Source: an uncultured Acidobacteriota bacterium
GTDB lineage: Bacteria > Acidobacteriota > UBA6911
NCBI GenBank assembly: GCA_963809485.1
Contig: CAWEJX010000008.1
Span: forward strand, 256,001 to 320,000
Reading direction: 5' to 3'
Length of the DNA stretch: 64,000 nucleotides
Shown here: piece by piece, positions 59,815-64,000 of the stretch
Layout: every line of letters begins with the position of its first letter
Numbering within the stretch: position 1 is the stretch's first letter
Notes under the pieces: generated by a model
Database searches by the model: none
What the model saw: only the letters and a program-made list of their open reading frames with translations
What the model was told of the DNA's origin: nothing
Position numbers and translations under genes: made by a program

Positions 59815-60975
59815 TTAAGCCAGAAGCTCCTGTGCGCGGATCAGGCGATCCTGCACATGCACCCCATTGGGGCATTGGATGGCGCAGGTGGAGCAATCAC
59901 TGCACCGCACATCGCGGATTTCCTTAGCCAGACCTTTGAAGCTCATCGCGGCCTGGTGATAGTTGCCGCAGAAGTCGTGATATGCCAGGAATCGAAGCAC
60001 ATCCGCCACAGGAATGCCCTGAGGACACTTTCCTTCGCAGTCGTAGCACATGCGGCAATAATCCGGCCGGATTCGCTCGTTCAGCACGAACAGCAACTGC
60101 TCATCCGCAGCGGTATAAGTCTCCGACATTGCCCGGAAATTCATCTCGAGTTCCTGAATCGTCTTCATGTGAGGAACGGTTGTTCCTATCCCGGGATTTG
60201 TCAGGACCCACTTAATGCCGGAAAGCGCACCTTCACCCGTCGTCTTGGGCTTTCCGCCGAAGTCGGCCAGGTTGAGCCCGCTTACGGCCACCACTACCTT
60301 CATGGCTATGACGCCAATGCCCGCTTCACGAAGCTTGTCGACTGCCGCATTCCTGAGGCGCCCGCCGATGGGGTAGCTGTAAGTCATTTGCATGACGTCG
60401 AATGTCTTGGTTTTTATGATGAAATCGACCATCGCATACGGTTTGTGGCAGCTGAAGCCGAGGTAGCGCGCTTTGCCTGACTTCTTGGCCATCTGCATGG
60501 CCTCCAGGGCCCCATCCGGGATCGATGCCGGTGTGTCCCTGGCGTGCAGATGCCAGATATCGACATAATCGGTGCCAAGTTCCTTGAGGCTGGTATCCAG
60601 GTCCTGCAATATTCGCTCTTTTTTATAGGAGGGAGACTTGGTAGCAATAATGATCTTGTCTCTCTGCCTTCCCTTAATGACGCCGCCGAAAATCCTTTCG
60701 CTGTCCTTATAATCTCGGGCAGTGTCGAAATAATTGACACCCATATCAAGGGACCGTGCCACAACATCGGTGTATGGCACGTATCCTATTCCGTAACCGA
60801 CACCCGAGGGTTTAAGATCCGTTTTACCCAGAGTTCGGTATACAACCTTAGGAGGTTCCTTGGTTTTGGGAGCCTCCTGGAAAGTTGATTCCAGTGCGCC
60901 TGTGGATACGAGCCCGGCCGCCGGCAAGGCCACACCGGCTTGCAGAAACTGCCTTCTTGATGGATTTGAACTCAC
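59815..60975 (-). CDS. Tat-exported aldo/keto reductase with C-terminal 4Fe-4S domain
   Basis: SRRQFL Tat motif, YRTLGKT, NYFDTARDY, YLGFSCH, CRMCYDC...CP and CSDCSTCAIQCP. Confidence 0.9.
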   Translation of the reverse strand: MSSNPSRRQFLQAGVALPAAGLVSTGALESTFQEAPKTKEPPKVVYRTLGKTDLKPSGVGYGIGYVPYTDVVARSLDMGVNYFDTARDYKDSERIFGGVIKGRQRDKIIIATKSPSYKKERILQDLDTSLKELGTDYVDIWHLHARDTPASIPDGALEAMQMAKKSGKARYLGFSCHKPYAMVDFIIKTKTFDVMQMTYSYPIGGRLRNAAVDKLREAGIGVIAMKVVVAVSGLNLADFGGKPKTTGEGALSGIKWVLTNPGIGTTVPHMKTIQELEMNFRAMSETYTAADEQLLFVLNERIRPDYCRMCYDCEGKCPQGIPVADVLRFLAYHDFCGNYHQAAMSFKGLAKEIRDVRCSDCSTCAIQCPNGVHVQDRLIRAQELLA

Positions 60976-61239
60976 AAATCCTCCTTTGATGTCTCTTCCT
61001 GGATCAAATATTTGGATTCCCCACCCTGTTTTCAGGAAACCTTGATTCTCATTTTCATCTCAAATGATGATAATATGCAACTCCTAAATCGCGATGGCGT
61101 AGATTCGCGGATTATCTTTCCGACTTTTTTTTGCCCGGAGCAGGCTCGATCCGTGGCAATTGCGAGGCATTTTTACATGGGTGTCCCCAGACCCTCCCCA
61201 GACCCCAACCCCATATCCCATAACCAGGAGACGCAAAGG

Positions 61240-62115
61240 ATGCAGAATCGAGACATTTGGAAAGCCGCTCTTTTTTTCGCCAGCATTGCCTGTATTTTGC
61301 CGGGAGCGATTGCGGCTTTTGTCACTGCTGAGGAAAAAAAGGAAATTCCCGACCACTCCAGCTTCCAATCCTGTCATACCTGCCATGCCGAAAAACAGAA
61401 CATGTGGAGGGCCTCCAACCATAGCGGCGCAGTCGGGCTGACTGCCTCCAATAATCCGGCGGCGGCCGGCTGCAGCGGCTGCCATTCCCCCAGGAAGCCT
61501 GAAGGGGGCGTACCACAGGCGATAGCCGTCAGCGCACCAAAAGAAAGTTTCCACAAGGCGCCCTGCCTGGCCTGCCATAGCCTCCAGAAGACCGAATTTG
61601 ACCATAGAGTGGTTATGCAACCTGAAAAGCTATGCGATACATGCCATACTCAAAGACCCATATTTCTTGGTCTAGGCGCCAAGGGAATCGAGGATTCAAG
61701 GAATTTCCACTCCGGCGTACCCTGCATTTCATGCCACATGACCGAGGGAAATCACGCGATGAGGGTTCTTCGACCCGATGATCCCGGCTTAACGGAAAAG
61801 AGGCTGGACACGTGCACGGCTTGTCACAAGGACAACAACCGGGAAGCCCGGGTCGAACAAATACAGGAATGGCAGTCAACCTATGATGAAAGCATGGCTC
61901 CTTTGCTGGCAGATGTTAAGGCAATTGAGGAAGCCCTGAAGAAAAAGCCTGAGCTTTTGGATGCCTCTCTAAAACCGAGGTTTGAAGGTGTGAAAGCGAA
62001 TCTCGCACTCCTGGAAAATGACGGTTCCCGAGGCTTTCACAATTTCGTTTTTCTTTTGGAGATCACGTCGCTGGCTTCCGGCGATCTTAAGGAGATCAAG
62101 GCTGCAATCAAATAG
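61240..62115 (+). CDS. periplasmic multiheme cytochrome c (6 CxxCH)
   Basis: Signal peptide; CHTCH, CSGCH, CLACH, CDTCH, CISCH, CTACH; C-terminal DGSRGFHN. Confidence 0.9.
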   Translation: MQNRDIWKAALFFASIACILPGAIAAFVTAEEKKEIPDHSSFQSCHTCHAEKQNMWRASNHSGAVGLTASNNPAAAGCSGCHSPRKPEGGVPQAIAVSAPKESFHKAPCLACHSLQKTEFDHRVVMQPEKLCDTCHTQRPIFLGLGAKGIEDSRNFHSGVPCISCHMTEGNHAMRVLRPDDPGLTEKRLDTCTACHKDNNREARVEQIQEWQSTYDESMAPLLADVKAIEEALKKKPELLDASLKPRFEGVKANLALLENDGSRGFHNFVFLLEITSLASGDLKEIKAAIK

Positions 62116-62179
62116 AAACGGCGGCCTCCGGAAACATCAATAATCTCTGCCCAAAAAAAAACAAAAGAAAATCGTGCCA

Positions 62180-62230
62180 CGGACAGGACCTGTTATGGGC
62201 ATGCATAGGGGACCCTGTCCGCGTTTGTTT
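62180..62230 (+). terminator. possible intrinsic terminator after the cytochrome gene
   Basis: CGGACAGG...CCTGTCCG stem followed by TTTGTTT. Confidence 0.3.
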
Positions 62231-62263
62231 CGTTGGCCTCGGAGATGATCCCTGACCTAATTA

Positions 62264-62561
62264 GTTTCTGTCGCGAAATTCGGTTTTTGCGAAGAAACCG
62301 GATTTTTATGCAGTCGGTAGGATATTTGATATTACGTAGAAGCCGGAAATTAGAGACGGGCCGCGTAGCGGCCGGTCGAATTTAGCCAGGCCTTTTAAGG
62401 CCTGGATCTAAAGGGATTAGGTTTTCCGTCGCGTAGCGACGGCTGAATCTCAGGCGTCGCTACGCGACGCGCTGTTCCCAATTCCATGCCTCCCGGCCTT
62501 GAAAGGCCGGGCTAAAATCATAGTGCCGCTACGCGGCGCAAACCGGTTTCACGACAGAAAC
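62264..62561. mobile_element. 298-bp MITE with TIRs carrying REP-like palindromes, copy 2 (inverted)
   Basis: TIR GTTTCTGTCGCGAAAT / GTTTCACGACAGAAAC, perfect TAATTA direct repeat on both sides. Confidence 0.82.
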
Positions 62562-62956
62562 TAATTACACTGCTTGTCTTCCTCCGACTGTTTCGCTTCG
62601 TAATCCGTTTCGAGATCAAATTCGAGGTATTTGACGCCCTTGGATTTGTACATCATACAAAGGCGGCATTTCTGTCCGCTGGTTGTTTGGGCCAGGATAT
62701 AAAATGTCGGGCTGCCTTTTAGTTCTTCGGGGACGTCGAATTCCGGAGGATTGCCCGGCGCCCATGATCTCCAAAAACCATAGGAACTGCTGGTTGCCCC
62801 GGCGTAGTACGCCATCCTGGGAGGTTCCGGATTTGGGGCAATCACCTTAATCCACCAGCCGTCTTTTTTTGCTTCCTGGACCTTCGCCCCCTGGGCGAAC
62901 GCTCTACCTCCAAAAAGGAACACCAAAACAGCTACAATCAGCAGGTTGTGTCGCAT
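62561..62956 (-). CDS. small exported hypothetical protein
   Basis: Signal peptide (..AFA-Q) and GGAGG RBS. Confidence 0.7.
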   Translation of the reverse strand: MRHNLLIVAVLVFLFGGRAFAQGAKVQEAKKDGWWIKVIAPNPEPPRMAYYAGATSSSYGFWRSWAPGNPPEFDVPEELKGSPTFYILAQTTSGQKCRLCMMYKSKGVKYLEFDLETDYEAKQSEEDKQCN

Positions 62957-63081
62957 TTTATTCCTCCGGATAATGCCCCGATGCTGGCCGCATCATAGTT
63001 TGCCGGTTCCGTTTGCGTTTGTTTGGAATAGCCTGGGATATAAGAACAGAGTTTGAACCGCCGAGTCAATGACCATCTGCA

Positions 63082-63407
63082 AGTCAGGCACCTCCGGCAC
63101 AGCCGGAGGCTTGAAAGATTTGAACCGCTCAAAGCGGTTGGAGGAGTTACGCCGGTCTTTAACGCTGACTTACGCGGGCAAAAGCCGATGAGGCGCTTCC
63201 GATCCCCGCAGGGGCCAGCGCTCCGCGCTGGACAGTTTTCTGCGGCGGCACTGTGGCAAGCGCCGTGCGGCAAGGAGATGAAGGGTATGAGAATCCGGGC
63301 GTTTGCCAAAGTGCCGCCGCAGAAAACTCCATCGGAAGCGCCTCATCGGCTTTTGCTCGCCGACCCTCGCCGAACAAATCGTTTGTCATCGCTTTTGTCA
63401 GCGTTAC
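63082..63407 (-). mobile_element. IS200-ended hairpin element, copy 3 (one end missing)
   Basis: Near-identical to copies 1 and 2 up to GCTTTTGTCAGCGTT; the terminal CCCCCGGCAGAGCCG hairpin is absent. Confidence 0.72.
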
Positions 63408-63411
63408 CTTT

Positions 63412-64000
63412 TTAAAAGGCTCTATGTCTTGGCCCGAGTATCTGCTTCACACCTTCCTTAACCTTCTGTATTACCTGCATCTTGCGCATTTCAGCAGAAT
63501 CCTCCAAGCATACTTCAAGCAAAGTAACTCCCGACATTTGCAGGCAATTCCTGAGGATTTCTTCAGGATGGCTCTCCAGCTTGAAATAATTCGCTCCAAC
63601 AGCTCTGGCAAGCATTGAAAAATCAGGATTTTGCAGTTGGGTGGCGAAGCTGTGCCCCCCTCCCCCCATCTGGGCCAGGCGTATGAGTCCGAGATGGCCG
63701 TCTTTAAAGACAATGACCAGCAGCTGCAACCCTTCTCTTATCGCGGTGAGAACTTCCATCCCTGACATTGCAAAGCCGCCATCACCCATTAGAACAACCA
63801 CCGTTTCTTCCGGGCGAGCCAGTTTGGCACCAATTGCCGCGGGCAATCCGAAGCCCATGGACTGGAAGTCAGACGGGACGATAAGTCCTCGAGGCGCCAG
63901 CACCGTAAAGTATTTCCGAGCCAAAAACTGATGCTCTCCGCTATCGGTTACCAGACAGGATTGCTGAGGCATGGCTTTCCTCAGAATCCCGAAAAAGGCG
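63412..64000 (-). CDS. thiamine pyrophosphate-binding protein (acetolactate synthase-like), C-terminal part
   Basis: SMGFGLPAAIGAKLA, GDGGF TPP motif, NPDF. Extends beyond the window. Confidence 0.9.
   Translation of the reverse strand, partial: AFFGILRKAMPQQSCLVTDSGEHQFLARKYFTVLAPRGLIVPSDFQSMGFGLPAAIGAKLARPEETVVVLMGDGGFAMSGMEVLTAIREGLQLLVIVFKDGHLGLIRLAQMGGGGHSFATQLQNPDFSMLARAVGANYFKLESHPEEILRNCLQMSGVTLLEVCLEDSAEMRKMQVIQKVKEGVKQILGPRHRAF

Overview
Bacterial genomic DNA, probably from an anaerobic or facultative Gram-negative organism; gene style resembles Acidobacteriota or Desulfobacterota (inference). Scattered single-base indels split several otherwise intact genes and look like long-read assembly errors. 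I recognised no rRNA, tRNA, CRISPR array or intact transposase. Layout: 1-18.6 kb holds envelope/DUF genes (DUF2950, DUF3300, DUF4136, DUF481, OM barrel), a secreted glutaminase and two-component systems. 19-26 kb holds a cyclase, glgX, pyk and an archaeal-type GAPOR homologue. 26.3-54.7 kb is a large, mostly minus-strand anaerobic catabolic region: four CoA-transferases, MmgE/PrpD, crotonase, OYE reductase, a substrate-altered B12 glutamate-mutase pair, ALDH, SDRs, TRAP transporter, a DsrL-like protein, two AORs and an XDH-type Mo subunit. 55-64 kb holds an MFS pump, DUFs, a Tat-exported aldo-keto reductase and a hexaheme cytochrome c. Main signal: about 11 inverted-repeat elements, usually with five tandem heptamers per arm. 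Ten fill gene junctions of the catabolic region (nine from stop codon towards the next RBS, one between convergent stops) and one sits inside an IS200-type mini-element. One element encloses a four-helix-bundle (IVP/Avd-like) gene in its loop, a fold known to be homopentameric, which suggests an uncharacterised repeat-plus-protein RNA-level or mobile system. Other non-autonomous repeat families are also present: IS200-ended hairpin elements, and REP-cassette MITEs with TIRs that complete stop codons.
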